From the NCBI GenBank assembly GCA_963714275.1, contig CAVQNT010000006.1, positions 320,001 through 384,000 on the forward strand: 64,000 bases of DNA, read 5' to 3'. Source of the stretch: Candidatus Bathyarchaeota archaeon. Its GTDB lineage: Archaea > Thermoproteota > Bathyarchaeia > Bathyarchaeales > DTEX01. The notes under the pieces are model-generated. The model was given only the letters and a program-made list of their open reading frames with translations. It was not told the origin of the DNA and searched no databases. Both the position numbers and the translations under genes were made by a program. Positions 20,816 to 32,774 of the stretch are shown here, piece after piece (position 1 is the first letter of the stretch; every line of letters starts with the position of its first letter).

Positions 20816-22574
20816 GCGTCCAACTTCCAGAACTTGTTACTGTCGCTCGTTGTCTCGATGAAGCTTCAGGCGTTTTGAAGCAGATTGCTTCTAACGCACA
20901 GGGTTCTATGGGTGAGGTTCAAACTGCTGCTAATAAGGTTGAAGACGCCCACAAAAAGATGAATTCTGGGCTTAAAGACGTAGTCACGGGGTTCAGTGGA
21001 GTTGCGACGTCAGACTTTTGCCCTTTACAACGCTTATGATCGTGTCCAAGATATGCAGGTCTCTGTCGACAAAGCGAACCTTTCTGTTAAGGTGAGCCTG
21101 AATTCCGTTGAGGATGCTCAGACAAGGCTTAACACAGCAGTTGAAAAATATGGTCCTGACAGCGCTCAAGCTCAGTCAGCAACTAAGGATCTTGCTCTTG
21201 CTCAGGAACGTTATCAGGTGGCGACTGAACGTGCTGAGATGGTTCAGGGTAACATGAACGAGACGATGGTTTCATCTGCATTATCTGTCATGCCGATCGC
21301 TATAACCATGATTACGAGTGTAAGCACAGCTATCTCAGGAATGAGCGCTGCAACTGGAGACTTTAAGTGGCGCAATGACTTTTCTCTCAGCTAATCCGAT
21401 TGTGTTAGTTATCGCTGCAATTGCAGCGTTAGTCGTTGGTTTGATCTGGGCATATAATAATGTTAAGCCTTTTCACGATGCTGTTAACCAGCTCGGCGAA
21501 GCTTTAAGCAACGCCCTTAAGCCTGCGATTGACGCTGTGATGAATGCTCTTACATGGCTGTGGAACAACGTAATATCTCCCCTTATCGGAGTCTTCAAGA
21601 CTCTATGGGACACAATCACGAATAACCCGATTTTAGCGGTGTTGTTCGGTCCAATAACGACAATTACATTTCTACTTACGCATTGGGCGGAAGTAACTCA
21701 GGTTCTCGGTCAAGTCTGGAACTCAATCTGCAGCGGGTTGAAGACTGTTTGGGATAGCACCGCTGGCTTCATAATTAATAGCTTAACAACTTTTGTTAAC
21801 TCTATTCAAAGCATATTCAACTTCTTGTTTGGATGGCTTGTTGGCGGAAGCCTTTGGACAAACCTTTGTAACAGCCTTTCCTCTGTCTGGACGAATGCTC
21901 TTCAGGGCATCCTGAATTTTGGACAAACCATAACAAGCGGTTTGATGAGTGCTTTTCAAGGTTTAGCGTCTGGGCTTAGCGGTGTCTGGAGTTCGATTGT
22001 CGGCGGAGCGCAGAGTGCGGTAAGCAGCATAGGGACTGCTTTGTCAAACATCGGCTCCTCTGTTAACTCTGCTTGGAATAGTCTGCAAAGCTTGGCGTCT
22101 AATGCGGTCTCAACAGTTAGTAGCACGATCTCTAACGCTGTTTCCACGGTTTCTAATGCAGTTTCATCCTTAATTAATCCAGCCAAGACTCCAACCGTGA
22201 CGACAACGACGTCTCCCGCTGTTGTGGTGAACACGATGTCGACGACGTCGCCTATATCGTCTATTATTGCTCAAGGCGGAGGCATAGCGAAGGGCGCTCT
22301 TATGGTGATGCAGGAAGGTGGCTACGGCGTTGTCGATAGGCCTACCCTGTTTTTGGCTGGAGAACATGAGCCTGAAGCTTACTCTTTCCGTCCCGCAAGT
22401 AAAGGTTCTGAGCCTGTTGAAAGGTCTTTAACGATTAATTTTAGTCCAAACATTCAGGCAGGTCCCGTTTACGGTGTCAGGGGAGTCCGTGAGCTTGCAG
22501 ACCTCTTGTATGAAGAATTCAACAAGAGGATCCGTAACGAACTGAAAAGCAGAACATTGTATTTGGAGAGGTAG
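20812..22574 (+). CDS. Tail tape measure protein (frameshifted)
   Basis: Ala/Ser-rich helical repeats with periodic Trp, NPIVLVIAAIAAL, and C-terminal GG.V.RPTLFLAGE.EPEA. Confidence 0.8.
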
Positions 22575-22579
22575 AAAAG

Positions 22580-23404
22580 TTGACTGTAACCCTAAAGGCT
22601 GGAGCGAATAGTCTCGAGTTAGGTGTTGTCCGAGGGCTTCCCTTCACTCATGTAGGCCGTATTGCAGAGGTTGACCTTCCTGGCGCACGTGGATCAGGCA
22701 GGCAGGACCTTGGCAAAGAACCTATGAGAATAACGCTTTCAGGCGCCTTGACTGGTGATGACCGCTACGAAAACTTTGATCAGCTCGAAAGGTATAGAGG
22801 CCTTGGTTACGGCTTAAAGCTTAAAAGTCCATATCTCAACACGGTTGCTTTTTTGGATAGCGTTAACCTTGCGGGCATCAGGAAAACGGTATTGGACTAT
22901 AGTCTCAGGTTAACTGAAAGCAAGTTTAAAAGTCTTGACACCTGCGACACAAAGGATCAGTGGCATTCGGACGACGGTGGAGATCAGACTATTGAGAACG
23001 CTGATCCCTTGCCGAAGGAAGGCGAATACTGCTTCAAACACACGGAGACCGCTGACCAGTTCTGGATTTACGATGATTTCGACATTGTAGATTTATCGAA
23101 TTATGATTACGTTGCGTTCTGGTTCTACGTGAACCGCATAGACATGACTTCTCTCGAATTACGGCTTTATAATGACGAGAATAACACTTGGCTGAGTTAC
23201 GATTTTCTGCCTTTAATCACGGAAGCTAACAAGTGGTATCGAATCCTTCTTCACAAGTCCGAATTCACGGTTCATTATGGTGGAGAACCTCCAGAAGAGG
23301 TCCCGTTCGACTGGAGCGCCCTAGAGGAATTCTTTTTTGAGTTTACTAGAGCGGGTTCTCAAGAGATGGTTTTCTGTTTTGACGATTTGGGAGCGTATGA
23401 GTAG
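22580..23404 (+). CDS. Distal tail-like protein with C-terminal carbohydrate-binding-like domain
   Basis: QDLGKEPMRITLSG N-terminus; DLSNYDYVAFWFY...FDWS...FCFDDL jelly-roll pattern. Confidence 0.55.
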   Translation: MTVTLKAGANSLELGVVRGLPFTHVGRIAEVDLPGARGSGRQDLGKEPMRITLSGALTGDDRYENFDQLERYRGLGYGLKLKSPYLNTVAFLDSVNLAGIRKTVLDYSLRLTESKFKSLDTCDTKDQWHSDDGGDQTIENADPLPKEGEYCFKHTETADQFWIYDDFDIVDLSNYDYVAFWFYVNRIDMTSLELRLYNDENNTWLSYDFLPLITEANKWYRILLHKSEFTVHYGGEPPEEVPFDWSALEEFFFEFTRAGSQEMVFCFDDLGAYE

Positions 23405-23422
23405 GTTTCATGGTGATTAAAA

Positions 23423-24141
23423 ATGACAAGATATGTAAATGAAGATGCTGAAACGAAGGTTCAAGTTCTGGATAGTAATGGAAACCCAGCGACTGGAGCA
23501 ACGGTTCTCTACAAAATATATGATGAGGCAGACGTGCTTTTCGATTCTGGTTCGATGAGCCATATTGCAGACGGCATTTTTACTTTACAGTGGACACCCG
23601 ATGCTGTTGGCGAGTGGACTTTCGAAGCTTACAGTAATAATCCTAAGTTCAGAGATTCAAAGGTTTACAAGATTGAGTCTATCTTAGCTTTCAAGCATAA
23701 ACCAGACATCTGGGACACTCACGAACCACCAGACCAAAATACATGGTATACCCCGCTCGACGTTAGTGGCGGAGCAAGAGTTAAACTGATAGCGATGGAG
23801 CAAACAAACGATGAATCCAGCGACCAAAAATATTGAGTGGGAGTTTACAATAGACGGCGTGGTTGTCACTGACACTTTAGCATCGGAACATGGCAAGTAT
23901 TACTCGTTTGTTACAACTTATCACGGTGGCATAGAGCCTATTGAGGGATATGAACAAGTGGCTGACGTTCGGAGTTCAAAAAAGAGATTGGGTATCTTCT
24001 GAACCCTACGAAATTGAGTCTTCAGAAGGATTTTCAGAAATGCACGCATTCAAATTTAGATACCGTATGACTTCAGCACCAGGCACAAACCAAGAGATGC
24101 ACTGCGTAATTGTCTATGATAAATTGGAGAGGGAAAGCTAA
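23423..24141 (+). CDS. Tail-tip/receptor-binding protein, paralog 1 (frameshifted)
   Basis: Ig-like N-terminus ending GEWTFEAYSNNPKF, shared with the next gene. Confidence 0.5.
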
Positions 24142-24909
24142 ATGGTGAGATATGCACACGCCGATATTACTACAAAGATTCAAGTCTTAGATTCTGATGG
24201 AACCCCAGCTAACGATGCAACGGTGAACTGGAAAATTTACGATCCAAGTAACGAACTGTGGGACGATGGCGCAATGACATACATCACGGGTTCTAACGGG
24301 TTATATAGGCAATTATGGCATCCTAACTCGGCAGGAGAATGGATTTTCGAAGCTTACAGTAATAACCCAAAATTCCACCAAAGCTTCGCTTACCACGTAA
24401 CAAATTTTGACGCTCTCGTATGGACATTCCACAAAAACGAAGAATGGGAAGTCCAGATGTGGCCACCACCGAGCAATTGGGCGAACCTTTTGGAAGGCGA
24501 AGGAGGCATTAGACCTTACATCATTCAATTCTGGTGGGACAATGATGAACACGGTCCAGCCCGAACTTTCAGCATTAGCGTCATCATTGACGGCATAGAA
24601 CAGGGGAATCAGCAAGACCTTGAAACAAACACTCCACAACACACTTATTACCTGAAATTGAACGCTAACTTTCAGCCCCAGTTTGTATGTGACGCTGACG
24701 ACGAATTCACGACATTTGGTCCAACAGCGGGATACGGTAGTCCAGGCGGCGGCATACACGTTTCTGATAACCCGTTTGAATGCCATACTATTGTAATCAA
24801 AATTTGCTTTGACGACCCTGAAGGCGCTGGAACTAATCCTGTTGCTTATGCAAGTGTCTTCTATCAAACTTTAGACCCCGTTACCTATGGCGAAGGTTAT
24901 CAAGATTAA
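24142..24909 (+). CDS. Tail-tip/receptor-binding protein, paralog 2
   Basis: N-terminal ~85 aa homologous to the previous gene; divergent C-terminus. Confidence 0.55.
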   Translation: MVRYAHADITTKIQVLDSDGTPANDATVNWKIYDPSNELWDDGAMTYITGSNGLYRQLWHPNSAGEWIFEAYSNNPKFHQSFAYHVTNFDALVWTFHKNEEWEVQMWPPPSNWANLLEGEGGIRPYIIQFWWDNDEHGPARTFSISVIIDGIEQGNQQDLETNTPQHTYYLKLNANFQPQFVCDADDEFTTFGPTAGYGSPGGGIHVSDNPFECHTIVIKICFDDPEGAGTNPVAYASVFYQTLDPVTYGEGYQD

Positions 24910-27186
24910 TGTCGCACATAACCGCTATCGAAGAAGATGAAGCGGACATTACTGTCCAAGCGTTAACCAAGTTTACGACCTCTTTAGTTGTGCCGAGAGG
25001 AATCTTCACTGACAACTTTGAGGGCGAAAACGATCATCCGCCTGACCACGGAAAATGGATCAGGTTCATTTCTGGCGACCAGTTAAGCGGACAGGGTTAC
25101 GGAGAGAAACGCTGCGACATCCAAGGTGGAAGGCTTCGGATGGCAATGAACGGTGACGGAGAAGGAGAAGGGTATTTCTGGCTTAACTGCATGACCCGTG
25201 CGGAGTTTAAGACGCCTTTTAGCCTTTCATTTCAGGTAACGATTGAGCATAACGAGGGTCAATGCGGAAACCACTTTATGTTTTCTTTCGTGGATCCAGA
25301 CCCAAACCGTGGATTCTTGTTAATAAGCAAACTTTACGGAGAAGTCGCAACTGCACTGTGGGCTTTCGACGAATATGACGGGACTGATTACTGCTGGGTG
25401 CTTAATTGTTCTGGTGGCATGATTATTAGCGGAGAGAACGCTTGGGAGCCTGACCGCGTTTACAACGTTTCCCTCGTTCCCGACCCTACTGATTCTCATT
25501 CGACAATTCTCACTATTACAGACAACGAAACTGGCGACGTGAAGTTTTCGACAAATCAAAACTTGGTGGATCCGCAAGTCAAATATTTACGGGCGATGTT
25601 CAGCGTTTACGAGTGGGCTGAAACCTTCACGGCGTTCACAGTGTTTTATGTTGACAATTTTAGCGTTGTGAGAGCAACAAGCAAAAAGGCGAAGGCTGTT
25701 GTCAGCATCTCGCATTCTGTCCCGGAAGGCGGTGGAGACGTTGGAAACATTCAGGAAAATAATGATGAGCTTGCAGCTATTTCGTTTTATGGTCAAAGGT
25801 TCACTCAGCCAGAGGATGGAAATTTTGTTTCAATCAATTTTTGGTCTACTGGCGGTCAGGATGTTCGTGTTGCATTGTATAGTAGCGCTGGAAACATACC
25901 TGGTTCTGCCTTAACTGACGTTTATGAAATTGAAGGCACAGCTGTAGGTTGGAACCAGCTTGTAATTGACGGGGTTGGATTAGATGAAGGCATTGATTAC
26001 TGGATTGTTTTTGATATGAGTGCTGGAGGCGGAGTCTGCTTTAGTGGTGATGGTGGAAATCGGGCTTTCATTGAGGACGGCTGGCATTATGGTGATCCGT
26101 TTCCTGACCCTTGGGCTGGAGGAGACTTTGACACTGGCTATCAAGCTGAGGTTTTCTGGAGTTACGAGATTGAAGCTCACACGGACACTTTCATTGGAAG
26201 TGATGATGTTAACGATATTACCGTGAATCTTCGGGATGGCTGTTATCCCTCAGCTTCAGTTGTCTTGGATAACAAACACGGGCAATACGACGACGTCAAT
26301 ATCATGGACGAGATTGAGATCCGAGCTGGCTGGGATCATATTTTGTGGCTGCTTTTCAGGGGCTACGTTGACATTCCAGAATTCAGTTTTCCTCCTGCAA
26401 CCATAGAGATCTCGAGCAGCAAAGGGTATGCTTCAGTCTCTCGAGTTTAGGGAAACAGATGAGGAATCTTGGCCAGATACTAACTCTGCGTCTATCGTGC
26501 GGAACCTGATAGATTATTATAGTAGTTCTCATTTTTCGCCTGACTGGATTAATGAAGGTATAGAGATCAGCCTTGACAGCGACGATGAGCCAGTCAGCGA
26601 TGTCTTGAAGAAAGTTGCGGAAATGAATGGCTACATCGTTTACGTGGACTTTAACAAAGCAGTCAATTTTGTTGACCCTAACGATGATACTACACAGAGT
26701 AATCTCCGAATTTCTAAAGCAGAGGACATTGTGAGCATAAAGAACAGGCTTGTTGACTCAATTGTGAACAGGGTTACGGTGAAGGGCGCAGAAGACAATG
26801 TTACGGTTGATGATGAGGATAGTGAAGATACTTATTGGCGCCGGGATAGGACCTTCACTGATGAGAAGCTAACAAGCCAAGCAGCAGTCAACGCAAGGGC
26901 TGATGAGCTTCTCGACAAAATGAAAGACCCATACAGAGAAGTCCCGATTGTTCTCCCCGAATTCTATCTGCTGGAACTGAACGATATTTTGACTGTTTAT
27001 TGTGATGCAGTCGGCTTCACCGACCCTGATGAAGGCGAACTGATAACGGTGAAGGGTGTAACCTACAATTATAATCCTTCTGGGCTTCGGACACAGATTA
27101 ATGGGTTAAACAGGGGCTTCGTTGTCTCTGATGTTCTTAGTGATCATGACAAAAAATTGAGAGGGGATCTCCTAAATGGTTGGTAG
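24909..27186 (+). CDS. Large baseplate hub/tail protein with lectin-like N-terminal domains (frameshift near 26440)
   Basis: C-terminal ASVVLDN...LFRGYVD...YVDFNKAVNF...NRVTVKG hub pattern; acidic beta-rich N-terminus. Confidence 0.6.
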
Positions 27187-27911
27187 GATGCAGCACGGGA
27201 CGATTCATTACACGGCGACGGAGATCCAAGCGATGGCTGGAGGAGGTCCAGGCGGTGGAGCTGTGCCGATCGGCGCGATTTTCATGTGGAGCGGGACTTT
27301 GCTTACAATTCCGTCAGGTTATCAACTGTGCGACGGCACAAATAGCACTCCTGACCTGAGAAGCAAGTTTGTTAAGGGAGCTGCTGCAGCCCAGAACCCA
27401 GGAGGGACAGGGGGAGGCACAACTTACGGTCATTCTAACGGAGCAGTCACAAGGGGGACGGCTGGAGTAACCGTCAACAATGAATCTTCTCACACTCACA
27501 GTATGCCCGCTAACACGGGCGCTGGGACTGCTCATACTCACGCAAAAGGAACGAGCTGCTGTAACGCCTACTACGCATAGCAGCCAGGGCGGACATACCC
27601 ATGATAACCACACGGGAACTTCAAGCAAGCTTGGTTCGTCCTCAGGGACTCCTTGGACAGCTCCAACGACCCACAACAATCAGGGGAGCTCACACTCACG
27701 ACAACCACGGTTTAACTTGGGGACCTGCTGACGAATCTTCTCACACGCACCCAATAGGCGGAAGCACGTGGCGCAGGATCCGCTCACAGTCACGGTGTAA
27801 CTGAGCCTAACGCTGGACGCTGGGCATGATCACGGTTTTACTCAGCCAAGCGACCATACGGGCGTTGAGCCTTCGTATTATGCTGTCGCATTCATTATGA
27901 GGTTGACCTAA
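27176..27911 (+). CDS. Tail fibre with collar domain and His-x-His repeats (frameshifted)
   Basis: VPIGAIFMWSG..IPSGYQLCDGTNSTPDLRSKFV collar motif; multiple HTH; ends PSYYAVAFIMRLT. Confidence 0.8.
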
Positions 27912-28085
27912 AAATGTCTGAGACGATTGAGGAACATGAAGCTGAAATTATCAGGGGATTCTTAGAGGAAGCTCGGGAGATTCAAAGGAAATACGGGGTT
28001 AACAAGTCTGAAGCCTTAGAAATAATGATCATTTTTGAGCTCGAAAAAGATTCATAGCCACCTTGACGATTCGGAGGGTTCTAAA

Positions 28086-28350
28086 ATGACTGCTTGGGGA
28101 AGCAAGAGAAGCAGGCTTGAAATTTACTTGGACATCCTGAAGGTTTTGCGGAAGGGAGAATCAAGGCCTACGCGGATAATGTATCAGTCAAACTTATCAT
28201 GGAAGCCATTGATGAAGATTCTGGACAGTTTAATAAAGCAGGAAATTGTCGAAGCAACTCAAGATCAACTTTCACAATGTTTACCGCTTAACCAAAAAAG
28301 GCTTTGACGTTCTCGAATATTTCAAAAATGCAGAACTGGAGACTAACTGA
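28086..28350 (+). CDS. Winged-helix regulator (RSRLEIYLDIL family)
   Basis: KRSRLEIYLDIL...PTRIMYQSNLSW; paralog at 43112-43381. Confidence 0.75.
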
Positions 28351-28352
28351 AA

Positions 28353-28713
28353 ATGAAACATATTGACCTCAGTGAACTCGTGAAGGGAGACCTTATCAGT
28401 GTTGACTGGTTTGACGCAAGCAGGGGACAGGCTCTTAACGATCCGTGGAAGGCTGGATATCCCCGTTTACAGTTGGGGAATCTATCTTGGAATCCTTGGA
28501 CAAAAAAGAAGGCATATTGTTCTCGCTCAAAACAGCTTCAAACTTAACAACGAATTCTACGATGTCGATTACACCTGCATTCCTGTGAGCTTCCTTGACG
28601 GTGTAACGGTAATCCACAAAGCTGAGATTACGCCTGACGTCGCTGAGCTGCTGTTGTTGAGTTTCACTTCTGGCCGTAGGCGCATAATCAAGAGGAGAAC
28701 CCTAAATGCCTAA
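28353..28713 (+). CDS. Hypothetical phage protein (frameshifted)
   Basis: GDLISVDWFDAS joined to DIPVYSWGIYLGILG. Confidence 0.55.
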
Positions 28714-28915
28714 ACCTGAGAAAGAGCCACGGATAACAATTAAGAATCTCGGCATCAAGGTAGGGACTGCTGACTACCGTTTCCTTATTGCCCTGATCCT
28801 TGTGTTAGGCCTTGTAATTGTTCTCGTTAGGGGAGACGTGCAAAGCGCTCAAGTCCTTGTGCCCTTGGTTCTTCTTGCGGTTGAATGGTATTTCAAGGAC
28901 AAACTGAAAAGGTGA
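28706..28915 (+). CDS. Two-TM small membrane protein, holin-like
   Basis: Two hydrophobic helices, WYF plus basic C-terminus. Confidence 0.45.
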   Translation: MPKPEKEPRITIKNLGIKVGTADYRFLIALILVLGLVIVLVRGDVQSAQVLVPLVLLAVEWYFKDKLKR

Positions 28916-28922
28916 TTGATGT

Positions 28923-29414
28923 ATGCCGAAGGGTAAGCCTTGGACTAATGAGGAAGAAAAGCACTTCGGGAATTAGTTGAACAAGGTAAGTCTATTAATG
29001 TAATTGCTGGAGTTCTGGAAAATCGAAAGATAGCTATCAGGGTGAAACTGAATCGATTAGGTTAATAAAAGTAGTAGATCACACCGAATTCACGCAAGAT
29101 CAACTACTTCTCGTTTAAGTATCCCTGATGACCTGCCAAGCGTTGAGGAAGCTTTACAGACTTTGTGTGATGCTTTAGACGCTCTTGACAGCCAGGGTCT
29201 TGACCAAACTGAAGTTTTACGGTTACGAACTATCATTCAAGGCATTAAGATCTACAAGGAGCTTTTTGCGGACTACGTCAACTACCGTGAGATTGAAGCG
29301 AAAATTGATGAAGATGGAGGAAGATTATGAGCGTCTCGCAGCCGCAAGCCAAAAGCTTGGCGCCAAAACCAGCTGTTCCAAGGTGGTTCAAGGCTTCAAA
29401 CAAAGCGGACAATG
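28923..29414 (+). CDS. Putative terminase small subunit / HTH protein (frameshifted; absent from the ORF track in this frame)
   Basis: Manual reading MPKGKPWTNEEEK...LPSVEEALQTL...LRTIIQGIKIYKELFADYVNY; directly upstream of the large subunit. Confidence 0.5.
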
Positions 29415-30780
29415 TTGAAGAATCTAAGATCGCACAGGCTGAAGAAGCTCAGCAACGACCCTATAATCTTTTTTGAGCAAGTCGTGGGATTCAAACCCAC
29501 GTCTTACCAGGTTGACTTCATTAAGATGTTTCAAGAGAAACAGTTTATTGCAGCCCGGTGGTGTCGACAGTCAGGCAAAAGCTGGATAATCTCAGCGTTG
29601 CTTTTGTGGTATGCTCTTACTCATGATGATAGTTACATCGCTGTTGTTGGTCCTTCGTGGAGACAGACGAAGCTCATCATCAGGCGCATAACCTATTTTC
29701 TGCGTAAAGTCCCTCCTGGAATGTTCACGAAGCCCCTGAAGACAGTGATCAGGTTCACGAATGGAAGCTGCATAGAAGCTTTCCCGAATAACCCTGACAC
29801 TATCAGAGGTCCTACGCTTCAAATCGTGTATTGCGATGAAATGAATTTTATCCGTGATGATGAAGAGCTCTATGATGCTTGCCTGTTTACTCTTGGCACG
29901 ACTAACGGAAAGTTTGTGTGCAGCAGCACACCATGGAACACTGACAGCATTTTTTACAAGATTTTTAACCACAAAGACTACGAAGACTTTGCTAAAAGCC
30001 ATGTTACCTGGCATGATGCTGAGGAGCCTAATGGACCTTTAAAGAAGAACATTCTGGACAAGATCCGTAAACAGTTCGCTGAGGATCCTTGGCGTTGGAA
30101 GCGAGAGATGGAGGCAGATTGGGCTGAAGACGAAAATGTTTGGCTACCTCAATCTTTGATAACAAAATGTATAGGCACAGAACGGTCTTGCGGTGAAGAT
30201 CTTGACCTTGCTAATCCTGACGTCGGGTTACAAGGGGACGGTATTACGGTGGGCTGGACTTCGGTAAACATGGAGACTACACAGCCTTCACAGTTATCGA
30301 TAGCGTAGGCGACAAATTCTTGCTTAGATTTCTGAAGATATGGCCACTTGAGACGCCTTACGCTTCAGTCATCGGCTTCGTTAAGCAGATTCAGGACCGC
30401 TGGAGCAACTTCATAACGATTCGTGCAGACCAAACAGGAATAGGCGACTACATCGTTGAGGACATGAAGAACGGCGGAATCCAGAATGTTGAAGGAGTCA
30501 CCTTTAGCCTTCCACGTAAACAGGAGATGGCGAGCCTTCTCAAACAGAGGATGATGGACGCAAATTCTATTATCCCTATTTCACTTGGGACAAGCCTTAC
30601 CGCAGCGAATATGTTGCGGAGTTGAATGTTGAAAGGTTCAGCCTAAGGAAAGACGGAACTATCGTTCTTAATCATCCTCAAGGCACCCATGACGACGTCT
30701 TTTGGTCGACAGCTCTCGCTTTGTATGCTACTGTTGAGATGAAGCCTATTGATCCTGACGGTTTCAGGTTCGGAGGATAA
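29412..30780 (+). CDS. terL: Terminase large subunit (frameshifted)
   Basis: RQSGKS Walker A, IRG, YCDE Walker B, SSTP, nuclease DFG and DQTGIG, terminal HDDVFWS. Confidence 0.9.
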
Positions 30781-30802
30781 CGGTAAAGGAGTATAACGGT
30801 AG

Positions 30803-31290
30803 ATGGTTGAGCGACTTCACAATTACGAGATTCAAAATGTTATCACGGGTTTCTGGGCGCTTGAGAGACCTCACGGCAAATACCGCTGGGTTTACCCTAA
30901 CAGTTTACTGCAACGTCTTTCAAGCCTCATAGACTTCGATGACAAACAGATCTTGCACCTTTTTTGTGGGTCCTCAACTTTCGGAACCGTTAGAGTAGAC
31001 ATTAATCCTGATGTGAAGCCTGATCTCAATCGTTAGATTTAAGCAAAGAAGAACTACCTTTCTCAGATGATTCATTCGACGTCGTAATTGCGGATCCTCC
31101 CTACGTGGATTTTAAGCCTTACTGTTTTGTTGATGAAGCAGTCCGAGTTTTGAAACCACAAGGATTCCTAATTATCCTGCATTGGCTTGCCTACAAGACA
31201 CCTGATAAGACGTGAAACGGTGGGCTTGCATCGGCATATCTTCAGGTCCTAACATGCGAGTTCGCTGCTGCAACATTTTCCGCAAAATGA
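30803..31290 (+). CDS. Small SAM-dependent amino-methyltransferase (DPPY), frameshifted
   Basis: LHLFCGSS motif I; FDVVIADPPY in a downstream frame. Confidence 0.7.
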
Positions 31291-31293
31291 AGG

Positions 31294-32739
31294 GTGAAGA
31301 TGAAAGATCTAAGAATCCACAAATTCAGGCGCCTTTATGACAGGTCAACGGGCAAGTTTACGGTTGACATCAGATATTCAACACGAGCTGACATCACTCC
31401 TAGGACTATCGGGGTTGCTGAAGCCTTCGGACTGGGCATTGACGAAGCAAAACTGCACGTCATCTACGATAACGCCGAATTCCAGATTAGAACATCAGAC
31501 ATCGTTTACATCACTGGCGAAAGCGGATCTGGAAAGTCTGTTCTGCTTAGAGCTTTTGAAAAGGACCTGGGAGACGAAGCTCTTAACATTGACAGCCTCA
31601 CGGTGGATCCTGACAAGCCCCTTATTGAAACGGTTGGCAGGGACCTGAATGAAGGTCTCGAGCTTTTGAGCCGAGTAGGACTTAACGACGCTTACCTGTT
31701 TCTCAGGAAATACCGTGAGGCTCAGCGATGGACAGAGATACCGTTACCGAATTGCTAAGCTCATCGAGTCAGAAAAACAGTTCTGGATAATGGACGAGTT
31801 CTGTGCAACCTTAGACCGTGAGACTGCGAAGATCGTAGCCTTCAACGTTCAGAAACAAGCCAGGAAGACAGGAAAGGCTGTTATTGTGGCAACTACGCAC
31901 ACGGATCTCTTTGAGGACCTTGCACCTTCCGTTCACATTCATAAGGGCTGGGGGAAACGTCTCGAAGTCAACTATTATCCTAACAAGATTAACGCTGTCT
32001 GCAGTGTCACGAAAAACCTTAGAATAGAACAGGGGTCCATGGAAGATTACAAGGCCTTAGCGGAATTCCATTACCGCAACGTAACCGCTCATCCGGCGCC
32101 AATCAAGATTTTCGCTTTGAAACGGACTGATGATGAGCTTGCTGGAGTCATCGTTTATTCTTATGCTCCTCCTCAAGTTTTCGGGCGTAGATTAGCTCTT
32201 GGTAAAGTCCTTTCTATTTACGAGCTGAACAAGGAAGTTGCGAACATCAGCAGGGTTGTCTTGCATCCGAAATATCGTAGCATAGGCCTGGGTGCATATC
32301 TTGTCAGGGAAACTCTGCCTCTTTGTGGAAGACATTACGTTGAGACTATGGCAGTTATGGCGCAATACAACCCGTTCTTTGAGAAGGCTGGAATGAAGAA
32401 GATCACGGAAAGGCAACCTGATGAATCAGTCCTCGAGGCGATACGAAGCCTTGAGCAGCTAGGCTTCAAACCCTACCTCTTATCCAGCCAACAAGCAAAC
32501 CTCAACAAACTGAGAAACATTAAGCGAAGCTGAATTGCGGAAAGTGCAAGAAATAATCTTGCAAATCAAGACGGTTTACATCAAAAGGTTGCGGTCAACA
32601 GCTGATAATGTTCCTTAAAAAAGAAGAATTCAAAAAATGGATACAAACAGCCCCAAATGACATTCTTGCTAAAGTTCTAGCACGGATAGCAGTTCTCGCT
32701 GAAACAAAAATTTATCTTTTCTGGGAAATCAAAATATAA
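31294..32739 (+). CDS. ABC-type ATPase fused to GNAT acetyltransferase (frameshifted)
   Basis: GESGSGKS, LSDGQRYR, IMDEF and ATTH; then FHYR...ISRVVLHPKYRSIGLG acetyl-CoA loop. Confidence 0.85.
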
Positions 32740-32774
32740 AAAATATCTCAAAATGAATAGCGTCAATAAATTCG

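Noticed and set aside
27176-27911. Diversity-generating retroelement or invertible tail-fibre cassette
   Set aside because: No reverse transcriptase, TR/VR pair or invertase was seen. The short repeats (GAATCTTCTCACAC, ESSHTH) are ordinary His-x-His fibre repeats.
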